Source: Octopus sinensis (taxonomy: Eukaryota). Taken from it: DNA of 44,995 nucleotides. A program made the translations under genes and the position numbers. This document shows positions 1-12,504 of this stretch, one piece after another; positions within the stretch are counted from its first letter, which is position 1, and the number at the start of each line of letters is the position of its first letter. The notes below the pieces were generated by a model, which did not search any database, was not told the DNA's origin, and saw nothing but the letters and a program-made list of their open reading frames with translations. The stretch is taken from positions 1-44,995 of the forward strand of contig NW_021834859.1 in assembly GCF_006345805.1 (NCBI RefSeq), read 5' to 3'.

Positions 1-40
<40 letters not shown>

Positions 41-326
41 TGTGCAAATATGTAGAAAATATATATAAAAGGGAAAGAGAAATGCCTTCATTTCACATAA
101 TTTTAATATCTTTTTATAAAGATATATATACATACATATATTATGCATGGTAAAAGTCTCATAAAATGTAGTGATATCAAACTGGTTTTCGCTATTTAAA
201 TTACCTTTTCAAGGCACATTGTGAAGTAATCATTCCTTGAAACAAAGAAATCGCGCCATTTTATAATAATAATAATAACAATTATTATTATTATTATTAT
301 TAATTATTATTATTATTATTATATCT

Positions 327-584
327 CTTTTACTCTTTTACTCTGTTACTTGTTTCAGTCATTTGACTGCGGCCATGCTGGAGCACCGCCTTTAGTCGAG
401 TAAATCGAGCCCGGGACTTATTCTTTGTAAGCCCAGTACTTATTCTATAAGTCTCTTTTGTCGAACCGCTAACGTAAACACACCAGCATCGGTTGTCAAG
501 CAATGCTAGGAGGAAAAACACAGACACACAAACACACACACATATATATACATATATATATATATATATTATATTATATATATA

Positions 585-631
<47 letters not shown>

Positions 632-795
632 CGACAGACTTCTTTCAGTTTCCGTCTACCAAATCCACTCACAAGGCTTTGGTCGACCTGAGGCTATAGT
701 AGAAGACACTTGCCCAAGGTGCCACGCAGTGGGACTGAACCCGGAACCATGTGGTTGGTAAGCAAGCTACTTACCACACAGCCACTCCTGTGCCT
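327..795 (-). mobile_element. tRNA-derived composite SINE, family A (full-length copy)
   Basis: On the minus strand: tRNA-like head (GGAGTGGCTGTGTGGTAAG...GGTTCAGTCCC), body CCTTGGGCAAGTGTCTTCTACTATAGCC...GTGAGTGGATTTGGTAGACGGAAACTG, internal (TA)n/(TG)n spacer, then a tail ending in (AAAGAGT)n. Many related pieces recur across the window. Confidence 0.85.
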
Positions 796-974
796 ATATG
801 TATATATAAAGAGAGGAAAATGGAGAGGTAATGGTTGATGATTAAATTATTAACATATTGATAATCAATTCAAGAATTGTTACAATTTATACTCAATAAA
901 TTACATTATGTAATAAAGTTGCATTTATAAGTCGTGAGCAAAATAAGCTCTCCGAGGTACACCAAGCTAATATT

Positions 975-1260
975 TATTCACATTGTTCACATTATTTATG
1001 CTATTTACATTTAATGGATATTTGTCCTCGTCTTGTTTGTTGTTAACACAACATTTCGGCTGATATACCCTCCAGCCTTCTTCAGGTGTCTTGGGGAAAT
1101 TTCGAACCTGGGTTCTCATTCCTAACGAATATTTTTCGATGTTATTATTATTGTTGTTGTTGTTGTTGTTGTTGTTGCTGTTGTTCAGGTCATTGCTTGG
1201 AATCGAACTCGGAATCTTGAGGTTAGTAGCCCGCACTCTAAACCACTACGCCATATGCTC
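975..1260 (-). mobile_element. tRNA-headed element with hammerhead-ribozyme motif in its tail (copy 1)
   Basis: A-box TGGCGTAGTGG (1243-1253) and B-box GTTCGATTCC (1199-1208) on the minus strand, an (AAC/AAT)n linker, then a tail containing CTGAAGA-AGGCTG...CAGCC-GAAA. Confidence 0.75.
1045..1090 (-). ncRNA. Minimal type I hammerhead ribozyme-like motif
   Basis: RNA GACAC CUGAAGA A GGCUG gaggguauau CAGCC GAAA U GUU|GUGUU. It has the core CUGANGA and GAAA, a 5-bp helix II, and a 5-bp helix I (GACAC/GUGUU). The two copies together imply an ancestral palindromic helix III (GAAACGUU). Confidence 0.65.
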
Positions 1261-1261
1261 G

Positions 1262-1304
1262 TAATCCCAAGATTCCGAGTTCGATTCCAAGCAGTGACCT
1301 GAAC

Positions 1305-1365
<61 letters not shown>

Positions 1366-1870
1366 TATCAATGTGTCTCTAAAAGAAATGGAGAAACTTT
1401 CAAAATACCAAGACCTGGAAATAGAGGTAACCAGAATGTAGAATCTAAAAATAGAAACAATTCCTATCATAGTAGGTGCATTAGGCATGATAAAAAATAT
1501 TCAGACAAATACATAACAAAAACACCAGGACTTACAAACACATATAACATACAGAAAATTGCACTGCTAGGCACTGCACACATCCTACGCAGAACACTTT
1601 CCATACAATAACCATCAGAGCATCACAACAAATCACAGCACATACCTAAGGCACACATAACTGCGCTCGGTAGTGAAGTGAAAGCACGCTATAAAAATAA
1701 AACTACTGAAAATAATAATAATAATAATAATAACATCGAAAAATACATTAGAAATGAGAACCCAGGTTCGAAATTTCCCAAGACGAAGGCTGGAGGGTAT
1801 ATCAGGCGAAACATTGTGTTAGCAACAAACAAGATGAGGACAAATATCCCTCGAATGTAAATAATGTAAG
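1262..1870 (+). mobile_element. Second, inverted copy of the tRNA-head/hammerhead element; 5'-truncated, core partly deleted, interrupted by a LINE fragment
   Basis: 1262-1304 is the reverse complement of about 1183-1225. 1733-1870 matches the copy-1 tail but lacks 7 nt (ACCTGAA) of the hammerhead core. Confidence 0.75.
1363..1710 (+). pseudogene. 3' fragment of an RLE-type non-LTR retrotransposon (R4/Dong-like) inserted in (TAA)n
   Basis: Translates as EKLSKYQDLEIEVTRM*NLKIETIPIIVGALGMI / KYSDKYITKTPGLTNTYNIQKIALLGTAHILRRTLSIQ* (one in-frame stop, one frameshift), a typical RLE C-terminus. Flanked on both sides by (AAT)n. Confidence 0.8.
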
Positions 1871-2159
1871 CTAATATTTGTGGTTTTAAATTATTAAAAA
1901 AACACCGCGTATTCTTGTGGCAGAGTCCGAAGCTATTATCCATCACTATTTTATATTGTATACCAGTTAAACTGGCTTTTATTCTGAGTTATATACAAGA
2001 CAAGGTATAAATAATGGTTATTACATATTAGAGAAAATCTGACTTACAGCTGTCTCCAGTAGTGATTAAAACGCACCTGTAATAGCTACAGGAAACTTCT
2101 GTAAGTCGAATTTACTACAATAAATAAAAATATGTAATTACCACTATTTGCGCCTTGTC

Positions 2160-2164
2160 TTTTG

Positions 2165-2233
<69 letters not shown>

Positions 2234-2527
2234 CGTGTGTGTGTGTGTGGATCTGTATTGTATGTATATATATATGTATATATATGCGTGTGTGTGTGTT
2301 TGTATATGTGCGTACCTGTGTGTAATGTGTGAACATGCGTGTGTATATGCGTATATATGTATGTATATATATATATATGTATAAAATACTCACACATATA
2401 TACATACATATACATGTAAATATATGTATCATATTAGTAAAACCTACCTACCTAATTTTAAATCTATTTATCTGTCTGTCTGTCTATGTCTCTATGCAGA
2501 TACATCTCTCAGTTTTTCTATATGTCC

Positions 2528-2563
<36 letters not shown>

Positions 2564-2625
2564 TATGTCTAGCTGTCTATCTATTTATCTATCTATCTAT
2601 CCATTGCTCTAGCCATCGTTTCTCT

Positions 2626-2663
<38 letters not shown>

Positions 2664-2791
2664 GTGCAATTATTTATCTATCTATCTATCTGTCTATCTA
2701 CCTATCTAACTGTCTATCTATCTACTTATCTAACTGTCTATCTATCTACCTATCCATCGATCTAGCCATCAATCTCTCTCTCTCCTCTCTC

Positions 2792-2823
<32 letters not shown>

Positions 2824-2890
2824 TATATATATATATATATATAATATATTATATATGCATTTATCTATCTATCTACATATCTATCTATTT
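2160..2890. repeat. Compound microsatellite field (TG)n/(TA)n/(TCTA)n/(CT)n
   Basis: Directly visible simple repeats. Confidence 0.95.
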
Positions 2891-3348
2891 ATCTTATCAA
2901 TCTGTTTGCTTGTGTGTTTTTTTCTGTTTTTCTGTCTATCATCCACTCTATTGGTCTATCAATGTATCTCCTCCGTCTTACCATCTGTCTAGCCATTTTT
3001 CTGTCTGACTGTCAGCCTGCCTGCCTATCATTTTATCTATGTGTTAGTCTGTCTGTCTCTCCATGTGCGAGTTAGGCACGATCGTATTCTTTTTTGCTTT
3101 TTGTTCCTGGCTCTCTGTTCCAATCTCTTTTTCCTTCTTCCTTCTCTTCTCTAGGGTTTTTTTTCTGTAGATTTGACGAAGTACTATTTCCGAAACGTCA
3201 TACCTTTACTCTTAACTCGTATTTTCGAACGTCAAACTGATAATATTCTCTGTCAACGTCCATTGAACTTTTATCGTTGTGGCATACATATATTCATATA
3301 TTTGTGGGTGTGTGGGTGTATGTGTGTGTATGTGTGCGTGTGTGTGTG

Positions 3349-3390
<42 letters not shown>

Positions 3391-4199
3391 GCTTCGCCAA
3401 AGCGGTATTCCGTGAAAATTGGTAAACTTTGTACTTAAGGAAATCCTATTTAGTTAGTAGCATCCGCCAATGAATTAAAGCTTCACGCCAAGTCTTCCCT
3501 TTACAAATTAGTTTAGATCGTAGAATTTTATGATCTATGTTCAATACTGCACCTATTAACGCCTGGACATCTCTCACGCCTCTAAAACCTTTTGGATTAC
3601 TTCCAAGTTCGTTTTGTGAATTTCTTTATTTTCAAAGAGTGCATTACGGAAGTGATCGAAAGGGAAAAAGTTTGAATTTGTTTTAATCCATGATGTTTTA
3701 ACGATTCCATATTTCAAAATTTTCATCAACTCGTCTTTCTGAAACATTATAAACGGAATTTGCCGAATAATGTTTAACTTTTACCGTTTACTTGTTTCGA
3801 TCATTGCACTGCGACCACAATAGAGCAATGCCTTGAAGGACTTTTAGTCGAATAAATCAACCACAGTACCTAGTACGTATACTATCGGTCTCTTTTTGTC
3901 GAACCGCTAATTCATGGGACCGTAAACAAGCCAAAATCAGTTGTCAAGTGGTGGCGAGGTGACAACCACAAGCACAAAGTTAAAACACCCACACACTTCC
4001 TCCGGATCTTTACGTTCTGAGTTCAAAACCTACCGCGGTCAACTTCGTTTTTCGTCACTTTCGGGGTTGATAAAATAATCAGTTTGTCTCTTTCCCTCCA
4101 AATTTCTGGCCTCGAATCCCCGCAACGGACTAGCGTCCCGTTCAGAAGGGATGTTGTAATCACAAATACTTATATACACTATGGAAACCAGGTAGTTAT

Positions 4200-4683
4200 A
4201 TTCGTATGCATGTATATATATGTATGAATATATATGTGTATGTATGCATATATATATATATAATGTATGTTTCTATGTATATATATATATATGCATATGT
4301 ATGTATACATATGTGAATGTTTCAATATATATATGTATATATTATATGGTGTGTGTATGTATACATATATGTATATATATATATATATCTATATATATAT
4401 ATATATATGTACATTTATATATGTATATATATGTTGTATATATACATTTTACATGTATATATATACAATAATATATATGTATATATATATATTCTATATA
4501 TATATATATATATATATACACATTTATATATGTATGAATATATATATATATACGTATGTACACTATATATATATATATATATATATTATGAATATATATA
4601 TATATACGTATGTACATATATATATATATATATTATATATATATTATTATATCTATATATATATATATATATAATATATATAT

Positions 4684-4729
<46 letters not shown>

Positions 4730-4742
4730 TGTATGTATGTAT
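4200..4742. repeat. Degenerate (TA)n/(TATG)n microsatellite
   Basis: Directly visible; source of the YI-rich artefact ORFs. Confidence 0.95.
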
Positions 4743-6025
4743 AGTTAAGGGGTTTCATCGACATAACTCAAAATGAAAGACTTGGGATGAAACATGTCAG
4801 CAATTTAGAAGCAGTAAAATTATTGTATAGAAGTGAGTGAATTGTGATTTAATAATAACTGATCTAATAATGTTGATCTTTTCAGCTTGTTTAATGAAGA
4901 AATACCGAACATCGGTTGATTAATTTTATGTAGCTGTAAAACCTTATGGAGATTATATTACAAAGAATCCGACAATTCTGCCTGTTATGTAGTTTAAATG
5001 AGAAACTGTAATTAAAGATTAAGATTATTAACCCCAAAATTTTACGCGTTTTAATAGCAATCAATTTTTTCTCTTTTTTGCTTAATTAAGATGGTTGCCT
5101 TTTCCTCGTAGTTTTTCATGTCAACTGTAAAGGTGAAGAGGGTTAACTTGGACGGTGTTAAGTAGTGGAGATGTTCAGTGATTGTATGTGTTGATTCCTT
5201 TTGACTGTTTCTTCTCAATAAGGATAATTCATTTTTAACGAATCTTAACACAATATATATACAACTTCAAGTGGAATCGGACTTCATAAATAACCTTAAA
5301 TTTTTTGCACTCAAGCATGGGTCATATTGACGCCTATACACCAAACTGAACGATGTTTTATCTCCAAAGTGAATATTGCAAGTGAATATACATCTGCTAT
5401 AAACTTTCATTAAAGCAGCAAATTCTTGACAAAACTGATACTCAGAGTTTCACGTTCGTTGGGCAGTTGTGATGAATACTGAATTAAAATTAACTAACGG
5501 GACTCGTGAATATTTCACGGAATTAATAGTAAACCTATGAGGTTATTTCTGAAAACTTTATCCAAAAAACCTGAAAGTGTAGCCTGTGTTATGTCTGTAT
5601 CAATAGATAGTCGCTCATCTGCTATTCTTTGAAAAGTGAAGGAAATTGGAATGCGATGATTACTTAATGCACTTCATGTATACACTTTATATACTTTATG
5701 CTCAATTTTATAAATATTTACTCTTACTTTTCCATTTATAAATATTTACTCTTACCTCTTATTGTTCCATTTTCCCCATAGACAAAATAAAAAGTATTCC
5801 GTACATATTATACAACCTTTAGTGAAATTAGAAGGTGCATATATCATCTGTCACGTAAATAAGACTGAATGTTTCACAGAATTGCACTTTTGCACATGCA
5901 TTAAGAGATAGATGAGATAAAAAAAATTTAGTTCAATTGACAAAAATACATTTTTCACTGTCCAGTAACCACCGCCATCACCTTCATCGCCACCACCACC
6001 ACCATCACCATCATCTCCCTCTCCT

Positions 6026-6071
<46 letters not shown>

Positions 6072-6220
6072 TGTCTGCCTCACTCTTCGCCTTATCTTCC
6101 TTTTCTCTCTCCATTCTCTTTCTCCTGTCTTTCCCTACAACTAATCACGTGAGAGCGTTACCGACGGGTTAAGATACGCAATAACATGCAAAACTTCTAT
6201 AACATATATATATATATATT

Positions 6221-6561
6221 GAAGGCGCATGGCTCAGTGGTTAGAGCGTCGAGCTTACGATCGTGAGGTTGTGAGCTCGAATCCCGGACCGGGCTGCGTG
6301 TTGTGTTCTCGAGCAAGGCACTTTATTTCACGTTGCTCCAGTTCACTCAGCTGTAGAAATGAGTTGCGACGTCACAGGTGCCAAGCTGTATCGACCTTTG
6401 TCTTTCCCTTGGATAACACTGGTGGCGTGGAGAGGGGAGGCTGGTATGCATGGGCGACTGCTAGCCTTCCATAAACAACCTTGCCCGGACTTGTGTCTAG
6501 GAGGGTAACTTTCTAGGTGCAATCCCATGGTCATTCATGACCGAAGGGGGTCTTTACCCTT
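6221..6561 (+). mobile_element. tRNA-derived SINE, family B (CORE-like central domain), full length
   Basis: Head GGCGCATGGCTCAGTGGTTAGAGCG...TCGAATCCC, body GAGCAAGGCACTTTATTTCACGTTGCTCCAGTTCACTCAGCTG; inserted in (TA)n. Near-identical copy at 13344. Confidence 0.85.
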
Positions 6562-6601
6562 ATATATATATATAGGTAAATGTAAAAAAATACAAACTGG
6601 G

Positions 6602-6670
<69 letters not shown>

Positions 6671-6904
6671 TGAAATGGATGGATAATTCGGGTACTACAA
6701 CGCATGTTTCGATGCCAAAATCTATTACTATTAACATATTGCGTTATACAAGATGACATGCAAGATTACGTAAGATTAACCAATAAATTGTCTTTTATCT
6801 TAATATATTTTTAGTACGAAATCATTTCTTATATGAAAACGCATATTTCGTATTTTTATTTTCATTTATATAAATGGATAGAATAAAACTCTTTACCCTT
6901 TATA

Positions 6905-7301
6905 TCTTTATATATAAAAGTGAAGTTGTATGTCTGTCTCCTACGATTTAGATTCCTAACTACTCCCACATTTTGCCGTGCAGTGTAACCAAAAGCGGGT
7001 GTCTTATAGTCGTGATTCATATCGAGCCCTTCTGGGTATTAGCGCGCGTCTACGATGAGTCTACGATTTAAAAAAAATTTACCATCATTTTTTCCATTTT
7101 AATGCATTTTTTCGCTATTATATAAGGGAAGTAACTCTCTAAAAATGTCTACGATGAATCAACGATTTTTAAAAAAAATTACCATCATTTTTTTTCCATT
7201 TTTAATGCATTTTTTTTGCTGTTTTTTGGCTATAACTCTCTAAAAATGCTTATATAGTTATTTCCCTTACAAATCCGAGCAACGCCGGGCGATACTGCTA
7301 G
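6905..7301 (+). mobile_element. Non-autonomous Helitron-like element
   Basis: 5' A|TCTTTATATATAAAAG and 3' GC-rich hairpin-like CCGAGCAACGCCGGG followed by CTAG|T; same family as 37233-37612. Confidence 0.75.
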
Positions 7302-7688
7302 TTTAAATATAAAGTTTGATTTATCCAAACCCCAAAGCATGTGCGTAAAAATATATAACACGTTTTCAACATTTTCTTGGTGTTGTTGACTTGTTCCTCT
7401 GTCTATATGCGCGCGTGTATGTATGTTTGTGTATGCGTGTGTGCGTGTGTGTGTGTGTTCGTGTGTCTTTGTGTCTGTAGGTCCTGCACCACCGTGTAAC
7501 AACCGGTATTGGTTTGCTTACGTCCTCGTAGCTTATCAGTTCGGCAAAAGAGAACGATTTGATATGCACCAAATATTAAAAGAAAATAGAAGTACTCAAG
7601 CTGATTTCTTCGACCACACTTTTCAAAGCGGCACCTCAGTACAGAAACAAGTAAAATGTCTTGCTCTCACTCTCACTCGCTCTCTCTA

Positions 7689-7726
<38 letters not shown>

Positions 7727-8589
7727 CCACTCACACACACACATACACATACACATACACACCCATTCATGCTTTACTCATAAATCCGAAGACGACATTT
7801 AGCATTCAGGTCGTTCTGTTAATCTTGGGCAAGTTTCCACCTGTGTATTCAACTCTCCACCTGTCTCTTCCTTTCTCTTGCTCTCTCATCCGTTCTCTAT
7901 CTCCCTTTCCCTCTCTCCCCTCCTTTCTCTCCTACCTTCTCTCTGTCTTTCTCTATCGAATATTTGTATCTGGTTGAGCATTCGCAATTCAAAACGGTGA
8001 ACATCACCCGCATATACATACATACATACATACATACATACATACATACATACATAAAATATACAGACAGACAGACAGGCAGGCAGACAGACAGAAAGAA
8101 GACAGCTGATTCAAAGACTACAAATCCAAGCCATCATTGGAACTGTAAAAATCTGTGAAACTTTCTAGAAGTTTATCATTTAAGCCTATATGAGCTGGTC
8201 TAGACATGTAGTTATATGCATGAAAATACATACATAGACTAAAACATACTAATCTACACATACATACATACATACATACAGACAGACAGACAGGCAGACA
8301 TACATACATGGCCAAATGGTGATAGTGTTGTTCTTCCAATCATAAAATTGTGAGTTCGATTTCTGAATCGGACGACGCGTTGTGTCCTTGGGGAAAGCAA
8401 TACATTTGCCGTTGCTCCAGTTTAATCAGCTATAAATGGATGCCAGCCGGATGCTGGCAATGGGAGACAAAGTTTTTAAACTGACAATGGGAGACAAAAC
8501 CAGACACACAGACACACACACGCACACACACATAGTTAAACTGACTTGGAAATGGATGCGTGGCGTTCAAACAAATAATAATATAAATA

Positions 8590-8625
<36 letters not shown>

Positions 8626-9083
8626 GCATATATGGATACAGGTCGTGACAAACCGCAAATAACATGAAATAGAAAAACAAAAGAGTTGAATATGCAAACA
8701 ACGAGAGAAACAAATGGAAAACAGGACAAGTAACACAAACAACGACCCTTCATCAGTTGTCTGCTGTCCATCTCATTTCGAGCATTGAACGACAATATGA
8801 GTCTTCAAAGGCAGTTGCTTCCACAAAAGCCAAAATAAAATTTGGGATTTATGTAGGCTCAAAGTTGGTGACAAAAACAGGACAGTGAAGACATACAAGG
8901 AAACCGAACGAAAACAAACACGGAGGGTCGTTAGACCAGACGAAGGTAAAATAGCGAACGCTGGAGAAATATTTTCTTTGACAAGAGAAAAGATAGATGA
9001 GAGAGAGAGATAAGATACGTGCAGTCTTTACGACAGCCCTGAAGGAAAAAAAGAAATGATCATGTGAGGAAAAGAAAGATGAT

Positions 9084-9118
<35 letters not shown>

Positions 9119-9312
9119 CACTAGAAATTTATGGAAAAACAAAAGACGAAGACAGGTGTATGAACACAAGCAAATGTTTTAGTTTGAACGCTCAGAAGAA
9201 ATGAAAAAGTCTTTTACGTTCCGAGCCTACTCTCTTCAACAATAAGAAATAAGAGAAAATAAAACAGAGAGAGAATGATAAAACTGTAGAATTCAGCGAT
9301 CCAACATGGGCG

Positions 9313-9345
<33 letters not shown>

Positions 9346-9413
9346 CTATATATATATGTATAATATATATTATATATATAATATATTATATATATTATAT
9401 ATATATATATTAA

Positions 9414-9475
<62 letters not shown>

Positions 9476-9496
9476 ATATATATATATATATATATC

Positions 9497-9527
<31 letters not shown>

Positions 9528-9716
9528 ATAAATATATGTGTATGTATGTATGTATGTATGTATGTATGTATGTATGTATGTATGTATGTATGTACGACGA
9601 GCTTTTTCGAATTTCCGTCTACCAACCTACTTCAGTACTTTTTAAAACCACTAAGTAACGGGAACGTTTACAAACACCGGTTGTTAAGCGGTGATGGGGA
9701 ACAAACACATACCCAC

Positions 9717-9758
<42 letters not shown>

Positions 9759-10111
9759 TGAGCTTCTTTCAGTTTCCGTCTCGTAAATCCACTCACAAGG
9801 CTTTCGTTGGCCCGAAGCTATAGTAGGAGACACTTGCCGAAGATGTCACGCAGTGGGACTAAACCCAGAACCATGTGATTGGGAAGTAGTCTTCTTACTA
9901 CACAGTCACACCTATTTCTGACATATTTTTACCATTACATATTCATCCAATTAAAAAGCAAAACGAAAATTTCATGATAAAGAGAGTAGGGGAGGTCGCC
10001 CCTGAAACAAAGAAAGATATAGAACATGAGTGGGTGAGAGGCTTCTGTGATGCTATTCTTATCTGTCGAATAGTTTAGCAAGTAACGTTTCAACTTTTTT
10101 TTCCTCCTCAG

Positions 10112-10208
10112 TATCAAATTTACTTATAAACTTGCAAGGGACAAAATTGAATCAGAAACTAATGCAGCAAAGAAAAAAATCGCATTACTTTCAGACTCAT
10201 CTTCATAA
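10112..10208 (+). CDS. Candidate terminal coding exon (IKFTYKLARDKIESETNAAKKKIALLSDSSS*), product unknown
   Basis: Strong acceptor TTTTTTTTCCTCCTCAG| at 10111, a 31-codon open frame ending in TAA, and AATAAA about 75 nt downstream. No homology recognised. Confidence 0.3.
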
Positions 10209-10465
10209 CTATAATTTTCCGGCTACAAATTTCCAGCTGGGAAAATTAATGAGAACTGACGGTCGCTGAAGGATGTCGTAGAAATAAAAGTTGGAGATGG
10301 AGACTCTCGTCATAAGATAGGGGTAAGGTAGCGTATGGCTAGAGCTGCGAGGAGAGACGGATACTGTGGCACTGGTCAAAACTGCTTAGACCCCGGCGGT
10401 TCTAAGCAATAATGAAGCTACTTAGGCTCTGCTTCAGTATTGATCGAAAACATAGAATACTCAAT

Positions 10466-10536
<71 letters not shown>

Positions 10537-10723
10537 GGTTTGTTTAGCCTTCATTCAACTCGAGTTTAGCGGTCCACTGATTTTGCTTCCTCAAAAACTT
10601 TCTGAAAAATTCATTTTTTCAATAAAGTTTTGCAGATATACGTTTTCGGGGATATAAGGCACGATTTTTTAAATTGTTGCTGTCGTTATAATAATAATAA
10701 TGATAATAATAATAATAATAATA

Positions 10724-10765
<42 letters not shown>

Positions 10766-10905
10766 GAGTGAGAGAGCAGTGCATGCCATCAAAGTGATAC
10801 GGGTAAAATGTACGAAGCCCAGTATACCCATCATGACAACCCGTCTGATAAGGGTACACCAGGCACATAATGGTGTGATTGTATCTTACACAGACATAAA
10901 TTTTG

Positions 10906-11421
10906 CTCTTTTACTCTTTTACTTGTTTCAGTCAGTTGACTGTGGCCATGCTGGAGCACCGCCTTTATTCTATCGGTCTCTTTTGCCGAACCGCTATGTT
11001 ACACGGAGCTAAACGCACCAACGCCAATTGTCAAGCGGTGCTGGGGTATATATTCTTTTATTTGTTTCAGTCATTTGACTGCGGCCATGCTGAAGCACCG
11101 CCTTTAGTCGAACAAATCGACCCCTGGACTTATTCTTTGTAAGCCAAGTACTTATTCTAACGGTCTCTTCTGCCGAACGTAAACACACCATCGGTTGTCA
11201 AGCAATGTTGGGGAGACAAACATAGAGACAAACATACATATATATATATACGACGGGCTTCTTTCAGTTTCCACCTACCAAATCCAAATCCACTCACAAG
11301 GTTTTGGTCGACCCCGAGGCTATAGTAGCAGACACTCGCCTAAAGTGCCACGCAGTGGAACCGAACCCGGAACCATGTGGTTGGTAAGCAAGCTACTTAC
11401 CACACAGCCACTCCTGCGCCT
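10906..11421 (-). mobile_element. SINE family A with duplicated tail; a further partial head at about 11480-11563
   Basis: Same head, body and tail motifs as 327-795. Confidence 0.8.
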
Positions 11422-11423
11422 GT

Positions 11424-11457
<34 letters not shown>

Positions 11458-11571
11458 ATAGTTTGGTTGGCTCGAAGTTATAAAAGAAGACACTTGCACG
11501 TGACGCCAGGTAGTGGGACTGAACCTGGAACCGTGTGGTTGGGAAGCAAACTTCTTACCACACATCCACGA

Positions 11572-11970
11572 TCCACGATATTTACGATATTCAGTTTACT
11601 TTCAATACGTAACAGGATTTATTCTTCGTTAATAGATGCAGGGCCTGACCGGCCGTTGATGTTTGCACCGCCCGCCGTCGAGATTTCAGGTTTTCTCGAA
11701 TCCAACACTACTGCAAAATCGGAATAACGGCAGCCCGTATGAGAAATTAGCTACACTGGGCAGAGTGGTCGCTGCAGCGTGTGTTGTTGGCCATTCTCCG
11801 CGGCAACGCGATCGCGGTCCTGACTGCGAGGCGTAGCTGAACACACCATTTGTTCTGGGGTGTGCAACCCGTTGCTCCCTCCCCCTCCATCTCCTACTTC
11901 TTAATTCCACCCCCCTCCATTTTTTTATCTTTTTGTTCCTTTGCTTCTTTATGATTAAATTGTTTTATTA
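11572..11970 (+). mobile_element. Probable 3' end of an unclassified LINE or retrocopy (GC/CpG-rich ORF remnant plus pyrimidine-rich UTR)
   Basis: Abrupt 5' junction with an ATCCACG microduplication inside a SINE head. Frameshifted reading STIFTIFSLLSIRNRIYSSLIDAGPDRP / RRDFRFSRIQHYCKIGITAARMRN* (stop ends 11750), followed by a C/T-rich tract. Confidence 0.35.
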
Positions 11971-12249
11971 GCTAAACTGCATAAAGGAGATTTTGCTCTC
12001 AGAGGACGAACATTGAAACAGCCAGCAGTTTTCTAAGCTTTGAAACTCGTTTGATGCCAGTCAATTCGTTTGTATCTGACCATCGATTGCAAACATTTGC
12101 GCAAGGCCTCAAATCAATAGAGATAGAAAATTCCATTAAATCGACATCAGTAATTCACTGGTTCTTATTTTATCGACAGAGAAGACTAAAGGCCACTACA
12201 AGGTCCAGTCATTGTTGCAGTATGGTAGCTTGTGTGCGTAAATGATTGT

Positions 12250-12480
12250 GGAAGCGTGTGGCTAAGTGCTTAGGGTGTTGGACTCATGATCGTAAGATTG
12301 TGGTTTCGATTCCAGGACCAGGTGACGAAATGTGAGCGAAACACTTCATTTCACGTTGGTCCAGTCCACTAAGCTGACAAAAATGAGTGATCCTGTGACG
12401 GACTGGCATCCGGTCCATGTGGGGAAAATATACGCCATGGAAACCAGGAAACTGGACCTTATGAGTCGGTATGACTCAAG
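12250..12480 (+). mobile_element. tRNA-derived SINE, B-related subfamily
   Basis: Head GGAAGCGTGTGGCTAAGTG...GGTTTCGATTCC and CORE-like body CACTTCATTTCACGTTGGTCCAGTCCACT. Confidence 0.75.
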
Positions 12481-12504
12481 AACATAAATTTATCTTTTTA
12501 CCTT

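Noticed and set aside
2041-2107. Nested small inverted repeats producing donor-like sites on both strands (candidate 29-nt and 9-nt microexons)
   Set aside because: Too short to distinguish from chance, with no recognisable peptide.
5051-5251. 66-aa minus-strand ORF in unique sequence; similar short frames at 17500-17670, 18884-19105, 39550-39690 and 41700-41830
   Set aside because: No recognisable domain and no paired splice sites; frames of this length are expected by chance.
6221-6295. tRNA-like sequences (also at 1190-1260, 13344, 25820-25893, 30453, 32555)
   Set aside because: The cloverleafs are imperfect and run straight into repeated SINE bodies, so they are SINE heads rather than tRNA genes.
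11780-11850. HDV-like ribozyme suggested by GGCAAC and GC-rich stems
   Set aside because: The helix order does not fit P1-P2-P3-P1-P4-P2.
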